DNA of 64,000 nt from Myxococcota bacterium (GTDB lineage: Bacteria > Myxococcota_A > UBA796 > UBA2385): NCBI GenBank assembly GCA_044344255.1, contig JBIJDH010000002.1, forward strand, positions 263,893 through 327,892, given 5' to 3'. The notes under the pieces are model-generated. The model saw nothing but the letters and a program-made list of their open reading frames with translations, made no database searches and was not told where the DNA came from. Positions 48,343 to 58,077 of the stretch are shown here, in pieces; the stretch's first letter is position 1, and each line of letters starts with the position of its first letter. The translations under genes were made by a program, and so were the position numbers.

Positions 48343-51300
48343 GGTCACCCTCGGAGGCCGGCGATCTTGCTTGGAGCGGGAGGTTGTCGGTGGTGTCCTC
48401 CTCTTCGGCCGCATGGGTGCGGGCGGCGGATGGGACCTCGGGGGTCCAACGACCGCGCAGGCGCGCGTGCCCCCAAGCGTCGCCGTCCTGGTCGGCCTCT
48501 TTGCAGCGCCGCTCGAGGTCGGGGATTGGGCGGTTCGACTTCAGGGCCAGACCGTACAAGAGCCGCTGAAGGTGGACCAGGTTGTATCGGTGCGCCACGA
48601 CGAGCTCTGCGCTGATGTCGCCCGGGAGGGCCACTTCGAGGCGGAGGCGAGCTTCGGCGAGCCGGATGCGGAGGAGCAAGGCGTCGTGCGGATCCTCGAG
48701 GTCGGCAGTGTCGAGGCTGCCGATCACGGCCGCCGCGCCCTCCCGATCTCCGATCAAGGTGAGCGCAAGCCCGATCTCTCCGTGGAGCATCGGCGAGGCC
48801 ACGGGATCGAGCCACTCTGCGGGCACTGACCCGCGGCGATCGAGCCAGACCGAGAGGGCCTCCCGATCCCCGTAGGTCGCGGCGGAGAAGAGCCCCGCCC
48901 GCAACACCTGCACTGCGACCGCCCGGCCCGGGCGCCGGCGAAGCAGGGCCCAGGCGGCCTGGAGCGAGGCACGGGACCCCTCCGGGTGGCCCACGATCGC
49001 CTGAACCACGCTCAGATCGGCGAGGACGCCGCAATGGAGCTCGGGGTCGTCCAGGCGATCGGACAGGGCCGCGGCGGCCTCAAGGCGACTCAGCGCCAGC
49101 CGGATCTGCCCTTGACGGAGGTGGATGAGGCCCATCAAGTGCTGAGCGCCCACCTTGCCGCGGCTGTCCCGCTTCCCCGCGCTATGGGTGAGCAGGTCGC
49201 GGATCGGGCGCTCGGCCTCGGCCCACCGACAGAGCGCGACGGTGATCGTCGCCTCCATCCACGCGAGGTCAAACCTTCGCGGGGTCGGCGCGGCGGCTGA
49301 GGTGGTGAAGCGCTGCGCCTCCCTGAGGTCGCGGTCGGCGTCGTTCCATCGGCCGAGGCCGGCCTGTGCGCGGGCCAGGAGTACGGCCCATCGCAGGGCC
49401 CCCTCCGCCCGGCCCTCGAGCTCGTCGGCGGTGATGGCGTCTGTGAAGCCGGCGCGCGCTTCGTCGGCGCAGGCCGCGTAGCGGCCCTGGCGCAGGGCGC
49501 AGCGAGCGGACTCCATGCGCGCGCTGTGGCGCTCGGCGAGCGTGGCGGCCACCTCAGCGGCGCGGGCGGCGTGCGCGAGACAATCGGCGTCGCGACCGAG
49601 CTGAAAGGCAATTCGGGCCCGGGTGATCTCGATTCGATGGCGCAATGGGCCCGAGCCGGGAGCGGCTCCGCTGGGTCGGGCCAGCCAGGCCGAGGCGTCC
49701 GCGGGGCCGTGCTCGAGCAGCGCTTGCTCCGCCTCGGTCACGGCGGTCTCCCACGCGACGTCCCCGCGGTGCTCTCGCGGCGCCGCCGGGGTCCTGGGCG
49801 CCTGCCGCTCGGCCCAGGCGCGGGCGAGGCGCACCAGCGCCGCCGGGTTGCCGGCGAGCTCTCCCGAGTGGGACCAAGCGAGCTCCGGTCCTGCGTCGTC
49901 GATCATCGAGCGGGCCATCTCGGCGAGCTGGCCGGGGGTGAGCGATCTCAGCGCGATCCGCTCAGCGGGCAATCGGATGCGATCGGGCTGGTGGCTGGCC
50001 AGCACGAGCATGGCGTTGCCGTGGAGCGCGGCGAGATCGGCGGGGTCGACGCGCTCCGCGTCGTCGATGGCGATGAGCAAGGGGCGCTGCGCGACCGCCC
50101 GCCGCACCACCCGGCCCGTGGCTGCTTGGAGGCGGCTGATGGCCGAGCGCACCTGGTGAGTGGGCCCCTCTTCCTCGTCGTCGTCCTCGGGCTCTCCCTG
50201 GTTGAGCGAGGGGACGGCCTCGAACAAGAAGCCGCGATCGTCGCCGAGCAGGTGGCGACGGGTGGCGATGGGGATGAGGGGCCCCACGAGGGCCTCCAGC
50301 ACCGCGGAGAGGATGTCGGGGCGGCCGGAGAGCAGGACCTGTCGGCCTCCGCGCAGCAACACCTCGCCCCGCAGCTCGGAGAGGGCGCGGCTCAGCCCGA
50401 TCCCGGGCGGTCCGTGGACGATGACCGTGGCTCGCTCTGCGTTGAGGGTGCGATCTCGCAGCAGGCGGAGCGGCCCCCGATCGCCCACCCACCGCGAGGT
50501 CAGCGCCCGCGGGCGCCAGGGCAGGGGCTGGGCAGGCTCTCCGGCGGCGCGGCAGAGGACCCACGCGACCTCGCGGGCGGAGCGCGGTCGGTCCGCGGGC
50601 GCCTTCTCCAAGAGCCGCTCCACCAAGGCGACGACCTCTGGCGGTGCGCTGGGAGCGAGGTCGGCCAGCGGGGGCGGCGTGGCGGTGCAGACCGCCAAGA
50701 CGAGGTGTGCGAGGTCCGGCCCTGCGAAGGGGGGCTGCCCCGTGAGCAGCTCGTAGATGACGACCCCGAGCGCGAAGAGGTCAGCGCGAGAGTCCACCTC
50801 CATCCCGGTGAGCTGCTCGGGGGCCATGTACCGTGGGGTGCCGGTGATGGGGCCGGAGATGGGGTCACCGGGGCGCAGGTCGATCCGGCGGGAGAAGCCG
50901 AAGTCGATCAGGCACAGGCGACCGACCGCATCCACGAGGATGTTGTCGGGCTTGACGTCCTGGTGCACGAAGCCAGCCTCGTGCACGGCGGCGAGGCCGA
51001 GCGCGAGCTCACCAGAGAGGTGGAGGATGGCCTTGAGGCGGGCCCCTGCGGGCTGGTCTTCGAGCCATCGGGTGAGCGTGCGCCCCTCGACCAGCTCCAT
51101 CGCGAGCCAGGCCCAGTCTCCCTCCTCGCCGCCGCCGAGCAGCGTCACGACCCGAGGATCTGAGACCGCGCTGAGGGCGGTGACCTCGCTCGTGAGGCGA
51201 TGGAAGAAGCGCGACTGGCTGCGGTGAACCAGCTTCACGGCCGCGAGCACGCCGGCCCGCTCCGCGCGGACCACCTCGCCCGCCGCGCCCTGGCCGAGGC

Positions 51301-51373
51301 GCTCAAGCAGCGTGAAGCCCCCGATCTGGGTGAGCGGCAGGGCGTCGAGGCGGTGGTTCGTCGGCTCAGACAT
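48311..51373 (-). CDS. Ser/Thr protein kinase fused to NTPase and TPR-like repeat region
   Basis: Start at Met 47 of the track ORF. Kinase motifs GQGAAGEV, HQDVKPDNIL, DFG, PRYMAPE. Then a P-loop-like region (..VIVHGPPGIGLSR..) and about 500 aa of helical repeats. 3' end overlaps the convergent M50 gene by 32 nt. Confidence 0.88.
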   Translation of the reverse strand: MSEPTNHRLDALPLTQIGGFTLLERLGQGAAGEVVRAERAGVLAAVKLVHRSQSRFFHRLTSEVTALSAVSDPRVVTLLGGGEEGDWAWLAMELVEGRTLTRWLEDQPAGARLKAILHLSGELALGLAAVHEAGFVHQDVKPDNILVDAVGRLCLIDFGFSRRIDLRPGDPISGPITGTPRYMAPEQLTGMEVDSRADLFALGVVIYELLTGQPPFAGPDLAHLVLAVCTATPPPLADLAPSAPPEVVALVERLLEKAPADRPRSAREVAWVLCRAAGEPAQPLPWRPRALTSRWVGDRGPLRLLRDRTLNAERATVIVHGPPGIGLSRALSELRGEVLLRGGRQVLLSGRPDILSAVLEALVGPLIPIATRRHLLGDDRGFLFEAVPSLNQGEPEDDDEEEGPTHQVRSAISRLQAATGRVVRRAVAQRPLLIAIDDAERVDPADLAALHGNAMLVLASHQPDRIRLPAERIALRSLTPGQLAEMARSMIDDAGPELAWSHSGELAGNPAALVRLARAWAERQAPRTPAAPREHRGDVAWETAVTEAEQALLEHGPADASAWLARPSGAAPGSGPLRHRIEITRARIAFQLGRDADCLAHAARAAEVAATLAERHSARMESARCALRQGRYAACADEARAGFTDAITADELEGRAEGALRWAVLLARAQAGLGRWNDADRDLREAQRFTTSAAAPTPRRFDLAWMEATITVALCRWAEAERPIRDLLTHSAGKRDSRGKVGAQHLMGLIHLRQGQIRLALSRLEAAAALSDRLDDPELHCGVLADLSVVQAIVGHPEGSRASLQAAWALLRRRPGRAVAVQVLRAGLFSAATYGDREALSVWLDRRGSVPAEWLDPVASPMLHGEIGLALTLIGDREGAAAVIGSLDTADLEDPHDALLLRIRLAEARLRLEVALPGDISAELVVAHRYNLVHLQRLLYGLALKSNRPIPDLERRCKEADQDGDAWGHARLRGRWTPEVPSAARTHAAEEEDTTDNLPLQARSPASEGDLSPRRTERRR

Positions 51374-51425
51374 CCACGACCAGATAACGGGGAGCATGAC
51401 CGGCGCCCTCTCTTCGCGACTACAC

Positions 51426-52289
51426 ATGCTCTCACCGCTCCGGTCGGTCAGGGCTTCGCGGGTGAAGCCCGGTGGGGGCTGTGCAGCCCTCTGGCCGCTC
51501 CTGCTCGCCACGGCCTGCTCCGCGCCGCCGGTTGCCCGTGATCGGGACCGCTACCTCGCCGTCCTCGCTGATCCTGAGCTTGAGCCGAGCGTAGGCCTCG
51601 GCGCTTGCGCGGAGATCTCGGATGATGACCTGCGCGGCGACTGCGGGCTGGCCGTGGTCAGCGCCGAGGCGCGTCGGAGGGGAGGAGCGCCCGAGCGCTG
51701 GTGTGGAGAGGTGGAGGCCGGACCGTGGCGGGACGAGTGCTACTTCGTCGCCGCCGAGGCGCATCGTAAGCGGGGGCGCGAGCAGAGCGCGGCCTGGCTC
51801 TGCGGGCAAGCGGGTCGCTTTGTGGACGACTGCGGGCAGCACCTCTGGCAGACCGCGGTGTACTCTCTCGTCCACAACAACGGCCCCGACGGGATCTCCG
51901 CCGCGCTCCCCCGCGCTCGACAGCTGTACGCACGATGGCTGCCCTTGCTCGGGGAGACCACCGACTTCAAGGTCCGCTTTTGGGAGCGCTACTATCAAAA
52001 CGGCTTCGAGGGACTCGGGACGCTCGATCTGCGGTGGTGTGACCGGCTCGACCTCGAGGAAGACCGACGGCGCTGCGTCGCCGCGGCGGTGAAGCTCTAC
52101 GACCGAGAGCTGGGCCCAGGGATTCAGCGGGGAAGAGTCAATCTGTGCGCCGAGCGCTTGACCTCCGGGGAGCTCCAGGACTGGGTCCACGCCGTCCCGG
52201 ACCCCCGCTTCGACGCCGCCGTCGACCGTCGCCGCGTGGAGCTCTGCGGCGGCGACACGACCCCTCCTCCGCCGGCCCCGCCGCCTTGA
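51426..52289 (+). CDS. Cys-rich lipoprotein, hypothetical
   Basis: Signal ..MLSPLRSVRASRVKPGGGCAALWPLLLATAC SAPP. Many conserved-looking Cys and Trp. Start is Met 39 of the track ORF (Met 29 also possible). Confidence 0.5.
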   Translation: MLSPLRSVRASRVKPGGGCAALWPLLLATACSAPPVARDRDRYLAVLADPELEPSVGLGACAEISDDDLRGDCGLAVVSAEARRRGGAPERWCGEVEAGPWRDECYFVAAEAHRKRGREQSAAWLCGQAGRFVDDCGQHLWQTAVYSLVHNNGPDGISAALPRARQLYARWLPLLGETTDFKVRFWERYYQNGFEGLGTLDLRWCDRLDLEEDRRRCVAAAVKLYDRELGPGIQRGRVNLCAERLTSGELQDWVHAVPDPRFDAAVDRRRVELCGGDTTPPPPAPPP

Positions 52290-53018
52290 TCAGCGGAGGT
52301 GGGCCCCGAGCTCGACGCCGGCCTGTACGAGCCACCACTCCTCGAGCGCCGTGGGGTCGAGCCCGCTCCGCTGGGTCGCCCAGCTGGCGCGGAGGAGCAG
52401 GTCCGCGAAGCTGCGATCGGTCACCCGGCGACGAAGCCCGGCCTCAAAGCTGAGGGTGGGGAGCGCCAGCGGCCCACCGTGGTAGGCGTCGAGGTCGAGG
52501 CGGCCGAAGCCGAGCCCGAAGTCGGGGCTGAAGGGGGCGGAGGGGTCACCGCGCAGCACGCCCAACACGCCGTAGTGGATGTAGTCGATGGCGATCTCTT
52601 CGGTGGCCTCCGCCTCGGCGCCAGAGGTGGGGTTGGTCGCCTCCCCGCTTGGCTCCAGCGCCACCTGTCCGGGCCAGACCGAGGTGGCCCCCCAGAGGCT
52701 GAGCCCGAGGCGGGGGCCGCTCGCTGCGCGGCTGACCGCGAAGGCGTCGTAGCGGAACATCAGCGCGCCGTGGACCCCGGACTCCGGCCAGGGGCCTGCG
52801 AGGGTGCCCGCGAGGTAGCCGAGGGCGAGGTCGGCCCCGAAGGGGGGCGGATCGTCGGGAGTGGGCGCCTGGTCGCGCCGATCCGGGGTGGAGGGCGGCG
52901 GCGCTGGGGGCGGCGGGAAGGTGATCGGCCCCTCGGCCCAGCCCTCCGAGGCGGCGCCGATCATGGCTCCGCAGAGGAGGGCGAGGCGCGAGGCGAGCGG
53001 GCCGAGGCGGGAGTTCAT
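52290..53018 (-). CDS. secreted beta-rich protein (possible outer-membrane barrel)
   Basis: Start Met 240 of the track ORF, overlapping the GHMP kinase stop (ATGA). Signal MNSRLGPLASRLALLCGAMIGAASEGWA, then alternating hydrophobic pattern. Confidence 0.5.
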   Translation of the reverse strand: MNSRLGPLASRLALLCGAMIGAASEGWAEGPITFPPPPAPPPSTPDRRDQAPTPDDPPPFGADLALGYLAGTLAGPWPESGVHGALMFRYDAFAVSRAASGPRLGLSLWGATSVWPGQVALEPSGEATNPTSGAEAEATEEIAIDYIHYGVLGVLRGDPSAPFSPDFGLGFGRLDLDAYHGGPLALPTLSFEAGLRRRVTDRSFADLLLRASWATQRSGLDPTALEEWWLVQAGVELGAHLR

Positions 53019-54019
53019 GAGGGCCCCGTGAGGGCCGACCAGGCCGAGAGGCCCGCCAGCCCGAGGTGATGGATGGCGGCGCGGGCGCTCTCCTCGTCGG
53101 GGAAGAGCGCGATCACGGAGCCGTCTCCGCCAGCGCCGGAGAACTTGGCCCCCAGAGAGCCCGACTCTCGGAGGGCGCGACAGGTCCGGATGAGCTCGGG
53201 GGCGCGGAGCTCCGGGACGACGGCGGCCATGTCTTCGTAGGCCTCTTGGGCGGTGTTCATCGCCACACCGAGGCGCTCGGGCTCCCCCTGCTCGAGGGCG
53301 CCGGCGGCAGCCTCGGCGAGGCTGGCGAAGAGGGCGAGGCCCTCCCGCACCGCGCGCACCGCCTCGGGGTGGAGGGGGGCGCGGAGGTCGTCCTCGTGGT
53401 GCCGATGCAGCGCGCTGAGGATGGCGCCAGTGTTCCTCGGCGCCTTGAAGGCCGCGAGCACAAAGTGGAAGTCGTGAGCGGGCCGGACGCGCCGGAGCGG
53501 CGCCGTGCCTTCGCGCCACTGCAAGAAGACCGGGGAGCCGGCGACGCAGGCGAGGGGGTCGAGGCGCCCGCACTCCACGCCGAGCAGGTCGTGCTCCAGG
53601 CGAAAGGCGAGCTCGGCCAGCTCCTCGGCGTCGAGCACGCAGCCCGCGTGTCGGGAGAGGGCGTCGAGCACGGCGAGGCTGAAGGCCGCGGACGAGGAGA
53701 AGCCTCGGCCAGGCGGCAGGGTGGAGTACACCCACAGCAAGGCGGGAGGGAGGACCAGCCCCCGCTGGTGGAGGAGCGCGGCGGCGGCGGGCACGAAGCG
53801 GAGCGCGCCGCCCGCGCGGTCGATCCGCCCGCGGATAGGCCAGCGGCCCTCTTGCAGCTCCCCGTCGAGCGCGGTGCGGACGCGCAGGTCTCGCTCCGCC
53901 TCCTCCACGGTCACCTGGACGCTCAGGGGCAGGGGGATGGCGAGGCTGGCGCCGCCCGCCCAGTCACAATGCTCTCCGATCAAGCAGGCTCGACCTGGAT
54001 ATCGAACCGTCAGCGACAT
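53015..54019 (-). CDS. GHMP kinase family protein
   Basis: ..LPPGRGFSSSAAFSLAVLDAL.. phosphate-binding motif and N-terminal ..GRACLIGEHCDWAGG.. typical of GHMP kinases. Confidence 0.85.
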   Translation of the reverse strand: MSLTVRYPGRACLIGEHCDWAGGASLAIPLPLSVQVTVEEAERDLRVRTALDGELQEGRWPIRGRIDRAGGALRFVPAAAALLHQRGLVLPPALLWVYSTLPPGRGFSSSAAFSLAVLDALSRHAGCVLDAEELAELAFRLEHDLLGVECGRLDPLACVAGSPVFLQWREGTAPLRRVRPAHDFHFVLAAFKAPRNTGAILSALHRHHEDDLRAPLHPEAVRAVREGLALFASLAEAAAGALEQGEPERLGVAMNTAQEAYEDMAAVVPELRAPELIRTCRALRESGSLGAKFSGAGGDGSVIALFPDEESARAAIHHLGLAGLSAWSALTGPS

Positions 54020-54058
54020 CTGTGGGTCCGCATGGCAGGGATCAAGCGCTCCGGGGCC

Positions 54059-54304
54059 CTAATAGCACTCTCGCGCGCCGTACTCGTGCCGCAGCTCGCG
54101 ACACTCCCGGAGCTCGGCGCGGCTGGGATCATCGAGCTCCTTTACGCACTGCTCGACGTTGGCCCAACCCTCTTCGGCGAACTCGGTCTCCCAGGTGGTG
54201 CCACACTCCTTCACCCAGCGGTCGAGCGACTGGCACATGTCGACACAAGGGCGCTCACAGCCGGAGGTGCCGAGGGCCGCGAGGAGGGAGAGGGTAGGTC
54301 GCAT
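54059..54304 (-). CDS. small Cys-rich lipoprotein (81 aa)
   Basis: MRPTLSLLAALGTSGC lipobox, then 8 Cys in 65 residues. Lies between the PilZ-protein and GHMP-kinase genes on the same strand. Confidence 0.45.
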   Translation of the reverse strand: MRPTLSLLAALGTSGCERPCVDMCQSLDRWVKECGTTWETEFAEEGWANVEQCVKELDDPSRAELRECRELRHEYGARECY

Positions 54305-54333
54305 CTCGGCAGTCTACCCCGGTTGGTGCCAGC

Positions 54334-56115
54334 TCAGGCGCCGGCTTCCTCGGTCGGAGGTGAGAGGGCGCTCGGCATCGAGGCGAGCTGCATGGACAGC
54401 CAGAGGCGGTTGAGGGACTCCGCCTCGCGCACGGTCAACGAATTGAAGGCGCAGCCCGCCCGACGAAGCTCGGGGAGGTCGGGGAGGGCCTTCGTGTACC
54501 GAACCACCGCCGCGACGCGGACTTGATGGTTACGGAAGCGGATGTCGAAGACGAGGGGTGTCCCCACCTCCACGCTGGCGGGCAACAGCAGGCTGCAGCC
54601 GCCGAGCGAGAGGTTGGAGAGGTGGACCTTCTCGCTCCCGTCGCCGTTCGGCCAGGGGAGACGGGGAGAGATCGTGGACCAGAGCTCCAAAGAGCCCACA
54701 GCGCGAAAGCTGGCGCGGCGATCGGAGCGGCCAAGGTAGACGATGTCCTCGACGCGGGCCTCGCGCTCCGCCGTCACGAGGCCGGGGAGCGTCACCGGCA
54801 GCCGGGCGCCGATGATGCGGCGAAGGTTCTCGGCGTAGATGCTACGGATGCGCATCGGCGGCCGGATCAGGTGGCAGACGTCGGTGGGGTCGGTCTCGTG
54901 GGAGATCCGCTCGCGGACCTCGTCCACCTCGATCGCCGGCTCGTCGGCCTCCACGTGTCCCGTGCCGTCCAGGCGCAACACCCGGAGCTCGTCCCCGTGC
55001 ATCACGAGCTGGGCCCGCTCGAAGCAGGAGCGCCCAACATGCTTCCAGACGCTGGCGACGAAGTCTGGGCGCTGCTGGCGGCGGGCGAGGCGCCCCAAGG
55101 TGAGGGGGTCGGTGCAGACGCCCCCCGGCTCGCTGGGGGGATCGTCCACGAGGGTCATGGGCAGGAGGCGCTCGGCGATCTGGTCGAATTCGCCGAGCGC
55201 GTCGTCCATCAGGAAGGAGTGTCGCTCACTTCGGGTCTCCAAGGTGAGGTGATCGCGCTCGGCCCCTTCGACGGCCACCCTCCGTACGGTGGACCAAGGG
55301 ACCTCCCTCGCCTCACCTTCATGGACGAGCCCAGTGAGCCCGTGGACGGCGAAGTGAAAGCCATGATCGGTCATCAGCATCTTGCCGGTCTGCTGAACGG
55401 GCCCTCGGGTCACGCCGATGTCGATCAGCCGCAGGCCGCTCGAGCGGAGCGGCCGCTGGGCGCCGACGCCCATGGCGACGAGGGCTCCGAACACCGGCCA
55501 CACCAGGGCGCCCTCCAGCCGCACCTCGCCCGCGGGGGTGGAGATGACGAGGAGGCGACCGGCGTGCAGGAGGGTCGTGTGGGAGATGTCCCGGTGCGCG
55601 ACGGACCACTCCGCGCGGTTCAGCAGCAGGCGCTCAAGGCCGCTCGGTCGGAAGCGGAGGCCGTCGGTGGTGAGCCTCAGCTCGCCGGCGGTCGACATGA
55701 GGCCGTCGGTGGAGCGGGTGGCGGAGCCGCAGATGAGCAGGCGCCCCGGGGCTTCGGAGGCTGGCTGCGAGAGCAGCACCTGGAGGAGCGAGACGGCGAT
55801 TGCGTCGTTGTACTTGCTGACCAGCTTTCGGCGCTCCGAGCCCGCGTGGACGACCAGGTTTCGGTCGACTCCGACCATCTGGAGGTGGTCCAGGGATTGG
55901 AGAGGGAGCGCCCAGCCGCCCCGCGTGGCCGGCTCGAATTTGACCTCGCCACTTTCGACCGAGATAAAGCCGCGGCGAGACAACAGGCCGGTGTTGTCGA
56001 GCACCGCGAAGCGCAGGGGCGGGGCCCCCGCTCCGCCACCGAGCGTCTGCTCGGGAGCGCCGGCGTGGGCGGCCGTCGAGGGCAGAGCGGATGGCGCTGA
56101 AGCGACGGCGGGCAC
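54334..56115 (-). CDS. multidomain protein with C-terminal PilZ domain
   Basis: C-terminal ..EKVHLSNLSLGGCSLLLPASVEVGTPLVFDIRF..VRVAAVVRYT.. matches the PilZ c-di-GMP-binding fold pattern. N-terminal 450 aa unassigned. Confidence 0.65.
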   Translation of the reverse strand: MPAVASAPSALPSTAAHAGAPEQTLGGGAGAPPLRFAVLDNTGLLSRRGFISVESGEVKFEPATRGGWALPLQSLDHLQMVGVDRNLVVHAGSERRKLVSKYNDAIAVSLLQVLLSQPASEAPGRLLICGSATRSTDGLMSTAGELRLTTDGLRFRPSGLERLLLNRAEWSVAHRDISHTTLLHAGRLLVISTPAGEVRLEGALVWPVFGALVAMGVGAQRPLRSSGLRLIDIGVTRGPVQQTGKMLMTDHGFHFAVHGLTGLVHEGEAREVPWSTVRRVAVEGAERDHLTLETRSERHSFLMDDALGEFDQIAERLLPMTLVDDPPSEPGGVCTDPLTLGRLARRQQRPDFVASVWKHVGRSCFERAQLVMHGDELRVLRLDGTGHVEADEPAIEVDEVRERISHETDPTDVCHLIRPPMRIRSIYAENLRRIIGARLPVTLPGLVTAEREARVEDIVYLGRSDRRASFRAVGSLELWSTISPRLPWPNGDGSEKVHLSNLSLGGCSLLLPASVEVGTPLVFDIRFRNHQVRVAAVVRYTKALPDLPELRRAGCAFNSLTVREAESLNRLWLSMQLASMPSALSPPTEEAGA

Positions 56116-56350
56116 GGTGATCCTCGGGGGCAGCGGGGAGCGGTCAGCGGGAGGGACGAGGTTTAGTCTCCAATACCCCGGCGTGTGGCCGTCGTCTTTG
56201 CCAGTCGTTCGTCCACTTGTAACGAAGTGTAACGCTGGTCGGAGGCGTGACGCAGGCTCGTTCGGTCGCGCCGGTGCGCGGGGGCTGGCCCGAGGGATCG
56301 AGCGGCCGGGCGGCGGACCTGGGGCTACACTTGGGACCTCGGAGGACGGA

Positions 56351-57244
56351 ATGGGGTCGAGACACGCAGCCGGTCAGCAGTCGCTCTTGCTGTGGGGGCT
56401 CCTCGGGCTCCTCGGGCTCCCCGGCTGCTCGGGCAAGGGCGAGGGAGAGGACACGGGCGACAGCGCGCCCGCGCTCGGCCAATGGACCGACGTGGGGCTC
56501 GGCTCCGAACATAGCTGCGCGCTCAGCCGGGTGGGCGACGTCATCTGCTGGGGGAGCGCAGACCAGGAGCAGACCAAGGTCCCGCGGGGGCGGGAGTTCT
56601 CGGGGCTTGGCGTCACGAGCACCTGGAATTGCGGCGTTGAACTCGACGGGGAGGCGGAGTGTTGGGGTGCGGTGCCCGACGAGGTCAACCGCAACGGCAC
56701 CCCGGCGGGCCCCCTCTCGGGGATCATCGGCGGCGCGGCTTCTCTCTGCGCGCTTGACGCCTCGGGGGCGGCGGTCTGTTGGGGCGGGCTCAGCGAGGGC
56801 TCCGCCGGGCCCTACGAGCAGCTCGGGGCGGCCTCCGACGTCGCCTGCGGCCGCTCCTCGGCGGGCTCGCTCACCTGCTGGGGCAACCCCTCCTCGCCGT
56901 TGATGGACTTCCCGACGGGCACCTTCCAGGACTTCTCGATCTGGTCGACCCACGGCTGCGGGCTCCACGAAAACGGGAAGGTCGAGTGTTGGGGCTACGA
57001 CGCGGATGGCCGCCTCGACGCCCCGGACGCCGAGTTCACGCGGGTCGTGGTGGGGAGCAGCCAGAGCTGCGCCCTCGCGGCGAGCGGTGAGATGACCTGT
57101 TGGGGCAAGGCTGCCGCGCCCGTCGCCGGCGCCTGGTCGGAGATCGCCCTCGGCGTGTCTCATGGCTGCGGGGTCACCGCCGACAACGCGCTCTCCTGTT
57201 GGGGTACAAATTCCCACGGCGACACCGTCCCGCCGACCGAGTGA
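56351..57244 (+). CDS. RCC1-repeat lipoprotein
   Basis: Lipobox LLGLLGLPGC, then at least 6 repeats of the ..H(S/G)C(A/G)L..G...CWG.. type (HSCALSRVGDVICWGS, NCGVELDGEAECWGA, ..). Start is Met 312 of the track ORF. Confidence 0.75.
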   Translation: MGSRHAAGQQSLLLWGLLGLLGLPGCSGKGEGEDTGDSAPALGQWTDVGLGSEHSCALSRVGDVICWGSADQEQTKVPRGREFSGLGVTSTWNCGVELDGEAECWGAVPDEVNRNGTPAGPLSGIIGGAASLCALDASGAAVCWGGLSEGSAGPYEQLGAASDVACGRSSAGSLTCWGNPSSPLMDFPTGTFQDFSIWSTHGCGLHENGKVECWGYDADGRLDAPDAEFTRVVVGSSQSCALAASGEMTCWGKAAAPVAGAWSEIALGVSHGCGVTADNALSCWGTNSHGDTVPPTE

Positions 57245-57291
57245 TCGGCTATCTACGCCCGCGACGTCCACCTGGGTTCGGAGCCCCCTGC

Positions 57292-58032
57292 ATGCGCCCC
57301 ACCGTTGAATTTCCGCCCCCCGCCGCGGCCTCCTCCGCGGGGCGCCCTTCGGCCCCCGTCTACGGGGCGCTCCTGGCCGTGATCCTCGGCGGGGGGTTGA
57401 TCAACTCCCCTGCGGCCGTCGCCGCCAAGAAGGCGGCCGCCGCCAAGAAGAGCGAGGTCCCCACCGAGATCCTGCCCGGTGGGGCGCCCTCGCTCACCGA
57501 CACTGTTGGCTACCTCACCCGCTCCGTCTCCCAATTTCCGAGCAAGGTCCGCCCGTGTAAAGCCGCTTCGACCTTGGAGATCAGCCCGGAGGGAGCGGTC
57601 AAGCTCACCACCCTGCGGCAGACCTACTGTGAAGACAGCCTCGTGGTGGTCCACCTTCAGGACCTTGACGCCAGCACGGTGCGGACGGTGTGGACCCCCG
57701 CCCCGGCGCTGATCGTCGGCTGCAAGGCGGGGGCCACCTGTGCCACGGTCAGCGTCCGGCGGAAGTCGCTCACCCCCGCGGGGTGGATCCTGCGCGACAC
57801 CGACTGGGTGCCCGGGGTGCTGGAGACGATGCCGGCGCGGCAGGCGCAGCTCGAGATCGCGCTCGACGCCGACGCCCACACCCAGGAGCGCCTCGCCAAC
57901 GGCCTCCGCTACTTGATCACGACGGCCGCGGCGGCCCCGGAGTTCCAGCTCCCGGCGGATCCCTTTGTGACCGCACCGGTCGCCGCGAGTGAAGAGGTTG
58001 CGCCGGCCGAGCCGGGCGTCGCCGCTCCCTGA
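57292..58032 (+). CDS. secreted hypothetical protein
   Basis: Start Met 65 of the track ORF. Signal-like LLAVILGGGLINSPAAVAA. No known motif. Confidence 0.5.
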   Translation: MRPTVEFPPPAAASSAGRPSAPVYGALLAVILGGGLINSPAAVAAKKAAAAKKSEVPTEILPGGAPSLTDTVGYLTRSVSQFPSKVRPCKAASTLEISPEGAVKLTTLRQTYCEDSLVVVHLQDLDASTVRTVWTPAPALIVGCKAGATCATVSVRRKSLTPAGWILRDTDWVPGVLETMPARQAQLEIALDADAHTQERLANGLRYLITTAAAAPEFQLPADPFVTAPVAASEEVAPAEPGVAAP

Positions 58033-58077
58033 GGGCCCTCGAAACACGAAGCTCCCGGGTGCGGCAGATCGGTGGGG

